A stretch of DNA of 64,000 nt, taken from contig LCFM01000005.1 of NCBI GenBank assembly GCA_000999025.1, positions 71,087 to 135,086 of the forward strand, given 5' to 3'. Numbering within the stretch: position 1 is the stretch's first letter; each line of letters begins with the position of its first letter. The position numbers were made by a program, and so were the translations under genes. This DNA comes from Parcubacteria group bacterium GW2011_GWA2_43_13 (GTDB taxonomy: Bacteria; Patescibacteriota; Patescibacteriia; UBA9629; GWA2-43-13). The notes beneath the pieces are model-generated. The model did not search any database and was not told the DNA's origin. It saw nothing but the letters and a program-made list of their open reading frames with translations. Positions 11,530 through 21,452 of the stretch are shown piece after piece.

Positions 11530-12708
11530 ATGAAAAAGTTTTTTATTTTAGGGAATCATCCAGAGATTTCTCGGACTGAGCTTGAAGCAGTTAATAGACG
11601 AGATGGGCTTGATTTTGTGTTTTCTCATGTTTCACCGGCAGTGACGTTTGCTGATTGCGATGCAACTCATGCCCCTGATCCTGTATTGCTTATGAGAAGG
11701 TTGGCTGGCGTGGTAAAAGTTGGAACTATTATTGACGAAGTGAAGGAGATAGACGATGTTCCCGCCCTTGCTATGACAGTTTTACCAGAGGATGGCCATA
11801 AAGTGTTTTTGGGTATCAGCATATATGATGCAGGCGCGCCGGCATATGGGATACGAAAAAAACAAAAAGAGATTGGAATGGCAATAAAAGAATTAGCAAG
11901 ACGAAAAGAGATTTCTTTGCGGTTTGTGGTATCGCGCGAGCCAACACTTTCTTCTGTTGTTGTTGCAAAAAATCATTTATTAGATCGTGGCGCTGAAATT
12001 GTTTTATTTGCAACACGCCATTCTTTATTGGTTGGGAAAACAGAAGCAGTTCAGGAATTTGAAGCATATGGTGATCGTGATTTTTCTCGACCTGCTCGGG
12101 ACGCTCAATCAGGAATGCTTCCGCCGAAACTTGCTCATATCATGGTCAATCTTTCAGAATGTCCGTATACTAAAACTATCCTTGATCCGTTTTGCGGGTC
12201 CGGAACAATTCTTCAAGAGGCGCTCATGATAGGGTATACGCATGTTATCGGCACGGATCAATCATCAAAAGCCGTTGCTGATACGCAAAGAAATATTGAT
12301 TGGATGAGAGAGAAAAAAATGATTTCCGATGTGGTAGTGCGAATTGTGCAGTCAGATATCAACGCTCTTGACTCGTTAGGGTTGAAGGAGATAGGCGCTG
12401 TTGCGTCAGAACCCTATTTAGGCCCTCCATTGAGAGGGAATGAGTCAGAGCAGACAATTCGATCACTATACCGACAGTTGGATGAGCTGTATTCATCTGC
12501 TATTGAAAAGATAAGCCACTGTCTTGATCAGTCCGGCACTGTTGTATGGACACTGCCTGAGCTGATGGGATATGCGTTTGATTGGCCTTTGTTTTGGCGG
12601 GTTATTGAAGTGTGCGGTTTTGAGTATGCATCTTCAGATAGTATGAGGTATCAAAGAAGTAATCAGCACCTTGCTCGTATTATTTATATCTTTACAAAAG
12701 CGCTATGA
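11530..12708 (+). CDS. THUMP-domain RNA (guanine-N2 / adenine-N6 type) methyltransferase
   Basis: The product has Class I SAM-binding motifs (DPFCGSGTILQEA, VIGTDQS) in a THUMP-like context. Confidence 0.6.
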   Translation: MKKFFILGNHPEISRTELEAVNRRDGLDFVFSHVSPAVTFADCDATHAPDPVLLMRRLAGVVKVGTIIDEVKEIDDVPALAMTVLPEDGHKVFLGISIYDAGAPAYGIRKKQKEIGMAIKELARRKEISLRFVVSREPTLSSVVVAKNHLLDRGAEIVLFATRHSLLVGKTEAVQEFEAYGDRDFSRPARDAQSGMLPPKLAHIMVNLSECPYTKTILDPFCGSGTILQEALMIGYTHVIGTDQSSKAVADTQRNIDWMREKKMISDVVVRIVQSDINALDSLGLKEIGAVASEPYLGPPLRGNESEQTIRSLYRQLDELYSSAIEKISHCLDQSGTVVWTLPELMGYAFDWPLFWRVIEVCGFEYASSDSMRYQRSNQHLARIIYIFTKAL

Positions 12709-13748
12709 CAAAAACACATATTCAAACATTTTCTTTTTTTATGATTTTTAGTATTGTGTCGCTTGCGTTTGTCTGGATATTGCGGTTTTTTGCCGAACCG
12801 TTGTTGTACGCAGCTCTTATTGCTGTTTTTTCGTATCCCCTGTATACGAAGTTGGTTTCGTTGGTCAAAGGGAAACGTGGGCTTGCCGCGCTGTGTTCGA
12901 TTATTGTGTTGTTTGTATTTATTCTTGTGCCATTGAGCGTTATTGCTATTCTGCTTATTCGTGATTCTCTTGTGTTATATGGCGCCGCGCAAGCGCAGGT
13001 TGGACAGTGGTTTTCCGCGTTTGATTTTGCAACATTAAAACGCATGGAAGAAATCTTGCCTCAATCTGTTCAGCAACAGTTGTCAGCCATTGATTGGAAA
13101 TCATCAGTCATTGATGCTGTGCGAGGAGCGACGAGTTTTGTTTTTTCTCAACTCCAGATTGTGACGAAAAATGTTATCGCCATGGTTGGCATGACATTCA
13201 TTATGCTGTACGCGCTATTTCATTTTTATAAAGATGGAGAGCGATGGGTGAAAAAAATTATTCATTATTCTCCGTTAGACGATTCTGATGAACGAGCTTT
13301 TTTTAATAAGTTTATTATGACAGGCAAGGCGACGTTGTTGGGAACAATCGCAATTGGCGCGGTTCAGGGTGCGCTTGGCGCAATTGTGTTTTGGATGCTT
13401 GGCATTACCGCGCCGATTTTTTGGGGATTAGTGATGATGATCCTTTCGATACTTCCAGTTGTGGGCGCCGCTTTTGTATGGGCTCCAGTGGCATTGTTTT
13501 TGGCGATTCAGGGGCAGTGGTTTGGGGCTATATTTTTAGTATTATTTGGGATTTTTATTATCAGTACAGTGGATAATTTTTTAAGACCGATCCTTGTTGG
13601 GAAACAAACAAAAATGAATCCTTTAGTGGTATTGCTTTCAACCTTGGGAGGGATTGCGGTGTTCGGATTTACCGGCATTATTGTCGGGCCAGTGATTGCG
13701 GCTCTTTTTTTGACGGTTATCGAGATTTATGGAAAAAAGTATTTGTAA
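12705..13748 (+). CDS. AI-2E family (UPF0118, PerM-like) membrane transporter
   Basis: It is a polytopic membrane protein of about 347 aa with the conserved G-rich segments of the AI-2E family. Confidence 0.7.
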   Translation: MTKTHIQTFSFFMIFSIVSLAFVWILRFFAEPLLYAALIAVFSYPLYTKLVSLVKGKRGLAALCSIIVLFVFILVPLSVIAILLIRDSLVLYGAAQAQVGQWFSAFDFATLKRMEEILPQSVQQQLSAIDWKSSVIDAVRGATSFVFSQLQIVTKNVIAMVGMTFIMLYALFHFYKDGERWVKKIIHYSPLDDSDERAFFNKFIMTGKATLLGTIAIGAVQGALGAIVFWMLGITAPIFWGLVMMILSILPVVGAAFVWAPVALFLAIQGQWFGAIFLVLFGIFIISTVDNFLRPILVGKQTKMNPLVVLLSTLGGIAVFGFTGIIVGPVIAALFLTVIEIYGKKYL

Positions 13749-13771
13749 ATTGTCATTGATATTTCGTATGA

Positions 13772-14866
13772 TTATGCTCCATGGCGGAAATGCATAACAT
13801 CTCCATCGCAGACAGCATATTCTTTTCCTTCAACGCGAAGTTTTCCTGAATCTTTTGCGCCTTGTTCGCCATTGTATTCAATAAAGTCCTGATACGCGAT
13901 TACTTCCGCGCGGATAAAATATTTTTCAAAATCAGAATGGATTACTCCTGCGGCCTCTGGCGCTTGCGCGCCTTTTTTAATTGTCCATGCCCTGGTTTCT
14001 TTGGGGCCTGATGTAAAAAATGTTATGAGATCGAGGGTCTCGTATGCTTTTTTGATTAAACGATTCAATCCCGTATCATTGAGTCCCAATTCTTTTAGAT
14101 AGACACTGACTTCTTCTTGATCTAATTCTGAAAGTTCTGCCTCAAGTTTTGCGCAGATGGTAAGTCGTGTGTTGTAGAGACGCCCAAGGGGGGCGTCTTC
14201 GTCTGAGACGCCCAAGGGGGGCGTCTCTACAGGTTGTTCATCACTATTATACACTTCAATAATCGGTTTGAGAGTGAGGAGATTATATGGTTTTAAGAGT
14301 ATCTGTTTGTCGTCAGTGAATGGTTGCGATGAAATAGGAGTGCTATTGTTTAAAATGTGTTCAAGGGTTTGAAATAGTTCAAGCTCTTTGAGCGCGTCTT
14401 TATCTCCGGTTCGCGATTTTGCTTCAAGAGTATCAATACGTTTCAGTACAACAGCAAGGTCGGCCATTGCAAGTTCAGTGATGATGGTTTCGCGATCTGA
14501 TTCTGGATCCACTTTTCCTTCCACATGAATAATGTCGTCATTATGAAAATCACGCAATACATGGCATATTGCATCAACCCCTCTGATGTGAGAAAGAAAT
14601 TGATTTCCCAGACCCTCTCCTTTATGCGCGCCTTTGACAAGTCCGGCGATGTCTACAAATTCGATGGTTGTTGGAATGATTTGAGCCGAATGAGATATGT
14701 CTGAAAGTTTTTGAAGGCGATCATCCGGAACGGCAACAACGCCAACATTCGGGTCAATGGTGCAGAATGGAAAATTTTCCACAGCGACTTGTTTTTTTGT
14801 CAACGCGCGAAAAAGTGTTGATTTGCCAACATTGGGAAGTCCGACGATGCCAATTTGAAGAGACAT
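13772..14866 (-). CDS. ychF: Ribosome-binding ATPase YchF (Obg family), carrying an in-frame palindromic repeat insertion
   Basis: The N-terminus is MSLQIGIVGLPNVGKSTLF, followed by the G4/G5 motifs. A 57-nt hairpin repeat at 14174-14230 is translated in-frame as ...VETPPLGVSDEDAPLGRLYNTR... Confidence 0.9.
   Translation of the reverse strand: MSLQIGIVGLPNVGKSTLFRALTKKQVAVENFPFCTIDPNVGVVAVPDDRLQKLSDISHSAQIIPTTIEFVDIAGLVKGAHKGEGLGNQFLSHIRGVDAICHVLRDFHNDDIIHVEGKVDPESDRETIITELAMADLAVVLKRIDTLEAKSRTGDKDALKELELFQTLEHILNNSTPISSQPFTDDKQILLKPYNLLTLKPIIEVYNSDEQPVETPPLGVSDEDAPLGRLYNTRLTICAKLEAELSELDQEEVSVYLKELGLNDTGLNRLIKKAYETLDLITFFTSGPKETRAWTIKKGAQAPEAAGVIHSDFEKYFIRAEVIAYQDFIEYNGEQGAKDSGKLRVEGKEYAVCDGDVMHFRHGA
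14174..14230. repeat. Family A palindromic element (GTAGAGACG-N-CGTCTCTAC) with an internal tandem duplication, in-frame in ychF
   Basis: The sequence GTAGAGACGCCCAAGGGGGGCGTCTTCGTCTGAGACGCCCAAGGGGGGCGTCTCTAC is read directly. Confidence 0.9.
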
Positions 14867-15023
14867 AAGAGAGGAGACAAATAACAGAAACAAAAAACTA
14901 CAAACAAAAAATAGGTAACATAGGTAACAAGAGACACATAATAAATATCACGAGCAGAGATAAAAAGAAAGTGTGGCCATCCTTTTGTCAGTTTAGGGTG
15001 ACGCGTGTTATGATTTAATAACT

Positions 15024-15215
15024 ATGAAAACATCATCAGAATGGCGGCATGATCTTCGAAGCCCACTTACGGCGATAAAGGGCTATGTTGAGTTTTTATT
15101 GGCGGGAGATGACTGTTCATGCGATGATCAGGCGCAGGAATACATTAAGAATGTTCAGAAGGCGACAGAGAGAATGATTGCTCTGTTGGATGGGTGGAAA
15201 GAAGGTGAGGGATAA
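15024..15215 (+). CDS. Stand-alone histidine-kinase HisKA (H-box) mini-protein, possibly a remnant
   Basis: The 63-aa ORF carries RHDLRSPLTAIKGYVEFL, which matches the phospho-acceptor H-box. It has no ATPase domain, and a repeat element follows immediately. Confidence 0.4.
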   Translation: MKTSSEWRHDLRSPLTAIKGYVEFLLAGDDCSCDDQAQEYIKNVQKATERMIALLDGWKEGEG

Positions 15216-15223
15216 TGAAACAT

Positions 15224-15265
15224 GACACCCCCCCCTCCTTTACAATGAGGGGATAAAGGGGAAGG
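15224..15265. repeat. Family B hairpin element (CCCTCCTTTACAATGAGGGG variant)
   Basis: It lies directly between the mini-ORF and xseA. Confidence 0.6.
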
Positions 15266-15296
15266 TATATGTCATTTGGATTTTGTCATTTCGATT

Positions 15297-16460
15297 ATGC
15301 GTATTTACTCTGTATCAGAATGCGTGCGGGAAATTTCTCTTTATCTTGAACAATTGGGCTCGGTTGTTGTAAAAGGAGAGGTTACTGGATTCAGGCGCGC
15401 GCGCAATGGCCAGTTGGTCTATTTTGAACTCAAAGACGAGGGTTCGCGTTTGCTCTGTTTTTGTTTGGGGTATGAACTGCCAATGGATTTGGAAGACGGG
15501 CAAGAAATTCATGTTGTCGGTGTTCCGCAGTTATTTAAAACAACAGGAGGGTTTCATATTCGCGTGCAAGAAGTGCAGTTGATTGGAGAAGGGGCTTTGC
15601 AACAAGCATATCGAAGGTTATTCGAAAGATTAGAGCGCGAGGGATTATTTGCTCAAGAAAGAAAGAGGTCTCTGCCGCGATTCCCTCAAAGGATTGGCTT
15701 GATTACGTCAGAAGATGCCGCGGCGTATAGTGATTTTATGCGTATTCTTAATAACCGATGGAGCGGTGTTGTGGTACGGTTTTATCCCAGTGGCGTACAG
15801 GGGCCGGGCGCTATCCGACAGATTGTCAATGCGATTGAATATATGAATACGCATGAGCAGGTTGATGTTTTAGTACTCACACGCGGTGGCGGATCACTGG
15901 AGGATTTGCAAGTATTCAATAGCGAGGAGGTGGTGCGCGCGGTGATTGCGTCGCGTGTGCCTGTGGTTGTTGGCGTTGGTCATGAGCGAGACACAACGCT
16001 TGCTGATTATGTTGCTGATGTGCGCGCTTCAACGCCTTCTCATGCCGCAGAACGAGTCGTGCCTGACAAGAGCGTTATTGTACAGGAGATGAGTGATAGT
16101 ATTGTTGCGATGCGATGCGCTATTGCGCGACAGGTTACATTCATATCATCTCGCATATCATATCAGTTGAAAGTGTGCGAACGATGGATGTATTCATTTA
16201 TTTCTGCTGTTTCTCAATACGAATATCTTCTTATTATGAAAATGAGATCATTTGCGCGGATGGCATTAGAGCGTGTCGGAGCATTAGATCGTTTGTTGGG
16301 CTCTCTATCGCCACAGAGTGTTTTGGAGCGAGGGTATTCTATTTCTATAGTGGATGGGAAAGGAATCTGCGATCTTGACGCGTCGTTTGAAGGTAAGACA
16401 ATGGTAACGCGTCTTGCAAAAGGGACACTTGATTCAGTTATTCGTCATGTAAAGTTTTAA
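15297..16460 (+). CDS. xseA: Exodeoxyribonuclease VII large subunit
   Basis: It has an OB-fold N-terminus plus the catalytic domain, and xseB follows. Confidence 0.85.
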   Translation: MRIYSVSECVREISLYLEQLGSVVVKGEVTGFRRARNGQLVYFELKDEGSRLLCFCLGYELPMDLEDGQEIHVVGVPQLFKTTGGFHIRVQEVQLIGEGALQQAYRRLFERLEREGLFAQERKRSLPRFPQRIGLITSEDAAAYSDFMRILNNRWSGVVVRFYPSGVQGPGAIRQIVNAIEYMNTHEQVDVLVLTRGGGSLEDLQVFNSEEVVRAVIASRVPVVVGVGHERDTTLADYVADVRASTPSHAAERVVPDKSVIVQEMSDSIVAMRCAIARQVTFISSRISYQLKVCERWMYSFISAVSQYEYLLIMKMRSFARMALERVGALDRLLGSLSPQSVLERGYSISIVDGKGICDLDASFEGKTMVTRLAKGTLDSVIRHVKF

Positions 16461-16469
16461 GTAAACACT

Positions 16470-16694
16470 ATGCCAAAACAACACTTGCAGGAATTTGATT
16501 TTTCTCACGCGTATCATGAGCTCGAGGGGTTAGTGGCGGAATTCGAAAAAGGAGACATTGAGATTAATCAGGCATTGCCAAAATTTGAGCATGGAGTGAA
16601 ATTAGCGCAAGAGTTGAAAAAATACCTTAAAACAGTTGAAAACAAGGTGGAGAAGATTATACAAGAGAATGACAATAACAATGGAGAAGAATGA
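16470..16694 (+). CDS. xseB: Exodeoxyribonuclease VII small subunit
   Basis: The 74-aa coiled-coil protein sits immediately after xseA. Confidence 0.85.
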   Translation: MPKQHLQEFDFSHAYHELEGLVAEFEKGDIEINQALPKFEHGVKLAQELKKYLKTVENKVEKIIQENDNNNGEE

Positions 16695-16771
16695 ACAGTA
16701 CCTCTAATCCCTTGATATAAGAGGGGTGCTTTTCCGCTCTATTAAGCAAAGATAACACTACGAGTGTTGAC

Positions 16772-16800
16772 TTTTTTATTATAAAGTGCTATAATTGCAC
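16772..16800 (+). promoter_or_regulatory. Consensus sigma70-type promoter (TTGACT - 17 nt - TATAAT) upstream of the secreted-protein gene; a second weaker TTGACG-17-TAGAGT lies about 65 nt downstream
   Basis: Both hexamers and the spacing are read directly from the sequence. Confidence 0.6.
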
Positions 16801-16921
16801 GTTCTCTTGGAAATGCTTTTTTACTCTATTGACGAAAAGGGCGCTTTCAAGTAGAGTAATGTGTTGATTAACCGGTGTTTTATGGCTGATCCAGTCATAA
16901 AAGCGGGATTATACCTTATTT

Positions 16922-18469
16922 ATGAATAAACGTATTCGCATTGCAGGTGTTGGTTTTCTGACACTTGCCATAGTTTTTGCAACAATCGCCATGTCAGCGC
17001 CTCGCGGCAGTGCCGCAGAGCGTGTGTATCACGGTGTGTCAGCGACAACTGTGAATGGCCGCGATATTGTTGTACTCTCAAATCAGCAAGGCATTGAAAC
17101 CTTGGAGATCTCAGGCAATAAGCTGATTAAACGCGGTGAAGCAAACCAACCGGGCAATATTATGGTTGGCGTGTATGCGCGCTCTCAAGGATCAAAAGCT
17201 GAAGCGTATGTCGCCGCCGGCCCGAATATCTTGAAATTTGATATTTCAGATATTAATGCGCCAAAAATGGTTGCTTCTAAAGTGTATTTTGGACATGCCT
17301 ATGATGTTCATGCCGCAGGGCAGAGCGATATTGTGTTCGCAGGAACACGGGGCATAACACTGCATGAAGCCGACTCACTTGATCAGTTGAGCAATTATTT
17401 TGTTCAACCGGCGTATGGCGTTGCGCAGATGAAAAGCGGAGCCATGGTTGTAACAACCGATGATGAAGCATTGGTCATTAAAAAGAATGGCGCAATTACT
17501 CATCGCCAGGCATTAAGCGGAAGCGATAAACGATTACGCAAACCATATGCTGATCAATCTGGAAATAGTTATGCGCCTGGTGATGATATGTTTATCAAGG
17601 TTGGAACAGGAGTGAATTTTTCAAACTGGTCAGGGTATACCTATGCCATGTCAGGCGTTGACAGTGAACCGTATGTATATGGCGTGAACGGGTGGGGAGT
17701 GTATAAATTAGGGAAACAGACACTTGCGCTTGATGATTTTACTTCAATCAATGAGCGCGGCGGATGGGCAACAAATGTTACCGCATTCCCGACATCATCT
17801 GGTATTCGCGTTGTTGTTACTGCAAAACAGCAGGTCTATCTGTTGGATGAGCACTTGAACATTTTGGATACCTATACCTATCAACCATATCCATCAACCA
17901 GCGGAGTGGTGGTGTCTCAGGCGGACTCGCAGATTGAATCACCAAAAGGGAAAGCGTTGAGCGCGTGGGTATCATCTCATGATGTTAGATACAATACCTT
18001 TTTTAGCGCATATGGATCAGGTTTTTGGCCAGGAGAAGAAGTGACTGCTGAATTTGGGCCCTATCACCCTGTGCAGTATCCGCAGACGCCAAGTAAAATT
18101 TATCCGAATCCTGACAATGCGTCTGAAATCGGATGGGCTGACGCAAATGGAAATGTGAAAGTGGCGAATATATATGTAAAAGAATTTCCTCTCATGCGAA
18201 CTGATATTTCGAACGTCATGCAGGTAACATTGTATGGTAAGCAATCAGGGTTAACCTATTCAACTAATATCAATGTTCTTCCTGGCGTAAAGCCCGCAGA
18301 AATAAAGAAAGACGAACCAAAGAAAGATGAAACAAAAAAAGTGGTTGAATCAAGCAAGCGGTGCGAACGTACTATTGAAAAGACCACCGAAGAAATTATT
18401 CGCGATGGCAAGAAAGTGGTGATTGAAAAAGTGGTTGAAAAGGAGACCTGCACACAGGAAACAAAATAA
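16922..18469 (+). CDS. Secreted hypothetical protein (signal peptide, Lys/Glu-rich C-terminal tail)
   Basis: The N-terminus MNKRIRIAGVGFLTLAIVFATIAMSAPRGSAAE is a signal peptide, and the C-terminus is KKDEPKKDETKK...; no family is recognised. Confidence 0.5.
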   Translation: MNKRIRIAGVGFLTLAIVFATIAMSAPRGSAAERVYHGVSATTVNGRDIVVLSNQQGIETLEISGNKLIKRGEANQPGNIMVGVYARSQGSKAEAYVAAGPNILKFDISDINAPKMVASKVYFGHAYDVHAAGQSDIVFAGTRGITLHEADSLDQLSNYFVQPAYGVAQMKSGAMVVTTDDEALVIKKNGAITHRQALSGSDKRLRKPYADQSGNSYAPGDDMFIKVGTGVNFSNWSGYTYAMSGVDSEPYVYGVNGWGVYKLGKQTLALDDFTSINERGGWATNVTAFPTSSGIRVVVTAKQQVYLLDEHLNILDTYTYQPYPSTSGVVVSQADSQIESPKGKALSAWVSSHDVRYNTFFSAYGSGFWPGEEVTAEFGPYHPVQYPQTPSKIYPNPDNASEIGWADANGNVKVANIYVKEFPLMRTDISNVMQVTLYGKQSGLTYSTNINVLPGVKPAEIKKDEPKKDETKKVVESSKRCERTIEKTTEEIIRDGKKVVIEKVVEKETCTQETK

Positions 18470-18552
18470 TAATACTATTGCTTCGTCACCCAAAGGATGA
18501 CTCGCAATGACATCTTTTAAGAGCCCGAGATGTGGCTTCTCGACGCATTCAC

Positions 18553-18583
18553 CCCGACTCCGCCAGCTGGCGGATGTCGGGGT
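18553..18583. repeat. Family D palindrome (CCCCGAC-TCCGCCAGCTGGCGGA-TGTCGGGG)
   Basis: It is a perfect nested palindrome upstream of the GT2 gene. Confidence 0.85.
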
Positions 18584-18603
18584 GTTGTGTTTTTCAGGGG
18601 GGT

Positions 18604-19602
18604 ATGGAAAGATGGGGCGATATGCAATCAGATATTCAGCCAATGGTTTCCATAGTTATCCTTCATTTTCACGATATCAAAGACACATTGTGGTGTTTAA
18701 AATCGTGTATGGAAATGGAGTATGAAAATTTTCAGGTTGTAGTGGTGTGTAATGGCACGCCTGGGAGTGATTTTGACGTACTCAACAATACGGCATATAC
18801 GCACGCACCATGTTTTGTGGTTCAAAATGAAAAGAACCTTGGATATGCAGGCGGTATGAATACTGGGATTGTTGAATCATTCAAAAATACAGATGTTGAG
18901 TATGTGCTGGTATTGAATAATGATGCCGTGCTTGAAAAAAGTGCAGTATCCGAAATGGTTCAATCAGCTGGCTCTGCAGAAGTTGATATGGTTGCTCCTC
19001 GGTTGGTCGGGCTTAAGTATCCGCATCACACTGAATCCATGGGCATGCAACTCAATCGCGGATGGTTCCCATTTTTGAGAAAATCACAAGATGAACACAT
19101 TTTTTGTCCAAGCGGTGGCGCGGCGCTGTACAGTCGCACTATATTAGAGAAATTGTATACTATTGATGGATATTATTTCGATCCTGACTTTTTTTGTTAT
19201 AACGAAGATGTTGATTTGGGCTGGCGCGCTCGTCGTGCAGGGTTTGGGGTATGCACGGCTGTGAATGCTATTGTGTATCATGAGTGGTCTGGCTCAACAT
19301 CTGTGGGAAGTTCATTTAGCGTGTATCATTCCATGCGCAATGTATGGTGGGTTTTGGTCAAGAATATGGGAAAGGGGGATGTATGGCGGTTTGGCTTATG
19401 GATTGCGTTAATTTGGGCTATTTTTGCCTTGCGATACACATTTTCTTCCCGTATTGGGGCATTTTGGCGCGCCCAGATTGATGGCATAAAAGGTTTTTCT
19501 TTAGCCATTTCAAAGCGAAAAGGGCTATATCCAAATATGTCAGCCGAGCGTTCGCCTCGCTTGATTCCTCGCTATCTTATGCGCCCTGGTGGCAATGATT
19601 AG
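18604..19602 (+). CDS. Family 2 glycosyltransferase
   Basis: The GT2 N-terminus (VSIVILHFHD...) and the DxD region (VLNNDAV) are present. Confidence 0.75.
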   Translation: MERWGDMQSDIQPMVSIVILHFHDIKDTLWCLKSCMEMEYENFQVVVVCNGTPGSDFDVLNNTAYTHAPCFVVQNEKNLGYAGGMNTGIVESFKNTDVEYVLVLNNDAVLEKSAVSEMVQSAGSAEVDMVAPRLVGLKYPHHTESMGMQLNRGWFPFLRKSQDEHIFCPSGGAALYSRTILEKLYTIDGYYFDPDFFCYNEDVDLGWRARRAGFGVCTAVNAIVYHEWSGSTSVGSSFSVYHSMRNVWWVLVKNMGKGDVWRFGLWIALIWAIFALRYTFSSRIGAFWRAQIDGIKGFSLAISKRKGLYPNMSAERSPRLIPRYLMRPGGND

Positions 19603-19616
19603 TATAGGTCGTGTCG

Positions 19617-19675
19617 GTACCCCCTCCTTTACAAGGAGGGGTGGCTCTCCGCAGGAGAGACGGGGTGGTTTTTTA
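19617..19675. repeat. Family B hairpin element (CCCCTCCTTTACAAGGAGGGG ... GGAGAGACGGGG)
   Basis: The sequence is read directly, intergenic after the GT2 gene. Confidence 0.7.
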
Positions 19676-19805
19676 TAAGGAGAGAGTAGTGCTTGCCCTG
19701 TCCGTAGCTCGAGGTGAAGTGACGAGGGTGAGGGTATACAAACATTGACAAAATTAGGGCTATATAGTATTATGCCGAGTTCGTAATTTAGCCCTATTTT
19801 GTGAT

Positions 19806-20477
19806 ATGAACAATCGTCTTTTTAGTGTGCAAGATGTGATAAAACCGCTTGTATCGAGTTGGGGAATGCTTGTGCTTGGCACAATGCTTTTTGCGTTGCT
19901 CGTGGTTGGTATTACGCTTATTCAGCCACTGAAATATAGCTCAACGGTTCGGCTTCTTGTGATTCAAAAATCAGACAGCGTTGTTGACCCGTATACATCT
20001 TCTCGCGGAGCGGAAAAAATAGCTCAATTGATTACCCAAATTGTGCATTCTGATTCTTTTATGGAAAAGGTTGTGAGTTCAGGGTTTCAGGTGCGAGATG
20101 ATTATGGTTCTGATCTTGATGCACGGAGAAAAAAGTGGAATAAGACCATTGAAGCGCGGCAGGTTCCGGAAACAGCAATTATTGAATTGTTTGTGTATCA
20201 CATTAGTGTTGAGCAGGCGCGCAATATTGTAAAAGCGGCATCAACTGCATTGCAAACAAAGGCAAGTGAATATCACGGAGCAGGGGAAAATGTGCAGTTG
20301 CGCGAGATTGACGGAGCTGTTGTTTCTCGTTTCCCTATAAAACCAAATGTTATTTTGAATGCTATTGCAGGAGTGATTATTGGGTTGTGTGTAAGCGGTG
20401 GGTTTATTGTCGTGCGCGCGCGAAAACGTGCTGATATGAATGAGGCAGTGCGGATTCGGGTGATGGGGGATGTGTAA
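19806..20477 (+). CDS. Wzz/chain-length-determinant-like membrane protein
   Basis: It has an N-terminal transmembrane segment with a Wzz-type motif (SSTVRLLVIQK) and a C-terminal transmembrane segment. Confidence 0.6.
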   Translation: MNNRLFSVQDVIKPLVSSWGMLVLGTMLFALLVVGITLIQPLKYSSTVRLLVIQKSDSVVDPYTSSRGAEKIAQLITQIVHSDSFMEKVVSSGFQVRDDYGSDLDARRKKWNKTIEARQVPETAIIELFVYHISVEQARNIVKAASTALQTKASEYHGAGENVQLREIDGAVVSRFPIKPNVILNAIAGVIIGLCVSGGFIVVRARKRADMNEAVRIRVMGDV

Positions 20478-20552
20478 CACACCCCTGTATCCCCTCTCAA
20501 GAGGGGATGTCGTCCGCACTCCCTCCTTGAGGAGGGGTTGGGGGAGGTGTTA
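20478..20552. repeat. Family B composite MITE-like element with terminal inverted repeats ACACCC...GGGAGGTGT and two internal hairpins (CCCCTCTCAAGAGGGG; CCCTCCTTGAGGAGGG)
   Basis: The sequence is read directly; it marks the left edge of the high-GC island. Confidence 0.85.
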
Positions 20553-20720
20553 TTGGGGGGATGCAAATGTGCAGGAATATACAATCGCATATTGGTAATG
20601 TGCCATTGTATATCTCTGCAGAACCGTGTTTGTAAAACGGAAAGCAGGGATTGTTTCATTGACAATTTCGTTTTTTTCGTAACAAGGCGCTTCGCGCGCC
20701 GTCACAAGGAGCAATTTCCC

Positions 20721-21440
20721 ATGATAAAGGGGATCCTTCTCGCTCTCGTGGCGCTCCTCGGAGCGCCGGTCTCGGGGTTCGCCGGCGATTACGCCGGATT
20801 CCTGTTCTCGACCGAGCAAACCCCGTACGACGAGCAATCGTTCGTGTCGGGTGTCTTTCTCGGTACGAAGCAGGAAAGTGGTTTCTCCGGTTCGCTCGCC
20901 GTCGGCGCGTTTCAACCTCTACAGGAGGTGACGCGCCAGAAGTCCGACATCGCGGTGATCCCGCGAGTCGGGTTCTCCTATGGCGCGTTCGCGACGTCGT
21001 TACGGATTTTCGCTTCGCCGAAGAACGCGTACCACGGTACGCTGGGCGGCGAACTCTCGATACCTACGGAATGGCCGATTGATGTCGTCATTGACGGTGG
21101 GTATACGTTCGGATGGGGATTGAACTCCCCTGACGGACGATACCGTCTCGATGGCTTGAGCGTCGGCACTGGTGTCGAGTTCGGCGGCGGGTCTGTACGC
21201 GCTAAAATCCTTGGCACATTCGAGGCATCCAACGCCTCAGTAATGTCCAAGGGCAAGTCGGCGGTTTCCACCGCTCGACACTGGCACGTCGGTCCACAGA
21301 CAATAATCGTGTTTCGACCCGAAGGTTCAAACTGGTGCATTCAGCCCTCGATTGGGGTTGGTGTCATCGGGAAGAACCTGAAGGGAGAGGAACTCGATCC
21401 GGAATTCTCGTTCGGTTTCCGGGTCTTCACCCGGCGGTAA
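20721..21440 (+). CDS. Secreted Gly-rich protein, putative outer-membrane beta-barrel-like (high-GC island gene 1)
   Basis: It has a signal peptide MIKGILLALVALLGAPVSGFAG, a repeated amphipathic beta-strand pattern, and a C-terminal FSFGFRVF. GC is about 62-65% against about 45% in the flanks, and the RBS AAGGAG precedes the ATG. Confidence 0.5.
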   Translation: MIKGILLALVALLGAPVSGFAGDYAGFLFSTEQTPYDEQSFVSGVFLGTKQESGFSGSLAVGAFQPLQEVTRQKSDIAVIPRVGFSYGAFATSLRIFASPKNAYHGTLGGELSIPTEWPIDVVIDGGYTFGWGLNSPDGRYRLDGLSVGTGVEFGGGSVRAKILGTFEASNASVMSKGKSAVSTARHWHVGPQTIIVFRPEGSNWCIQPSIGVGVIGKNLKGEELDPEFSFGFRVFTRR

Positions 21441-21452
21441 GGAGTCACGGCG

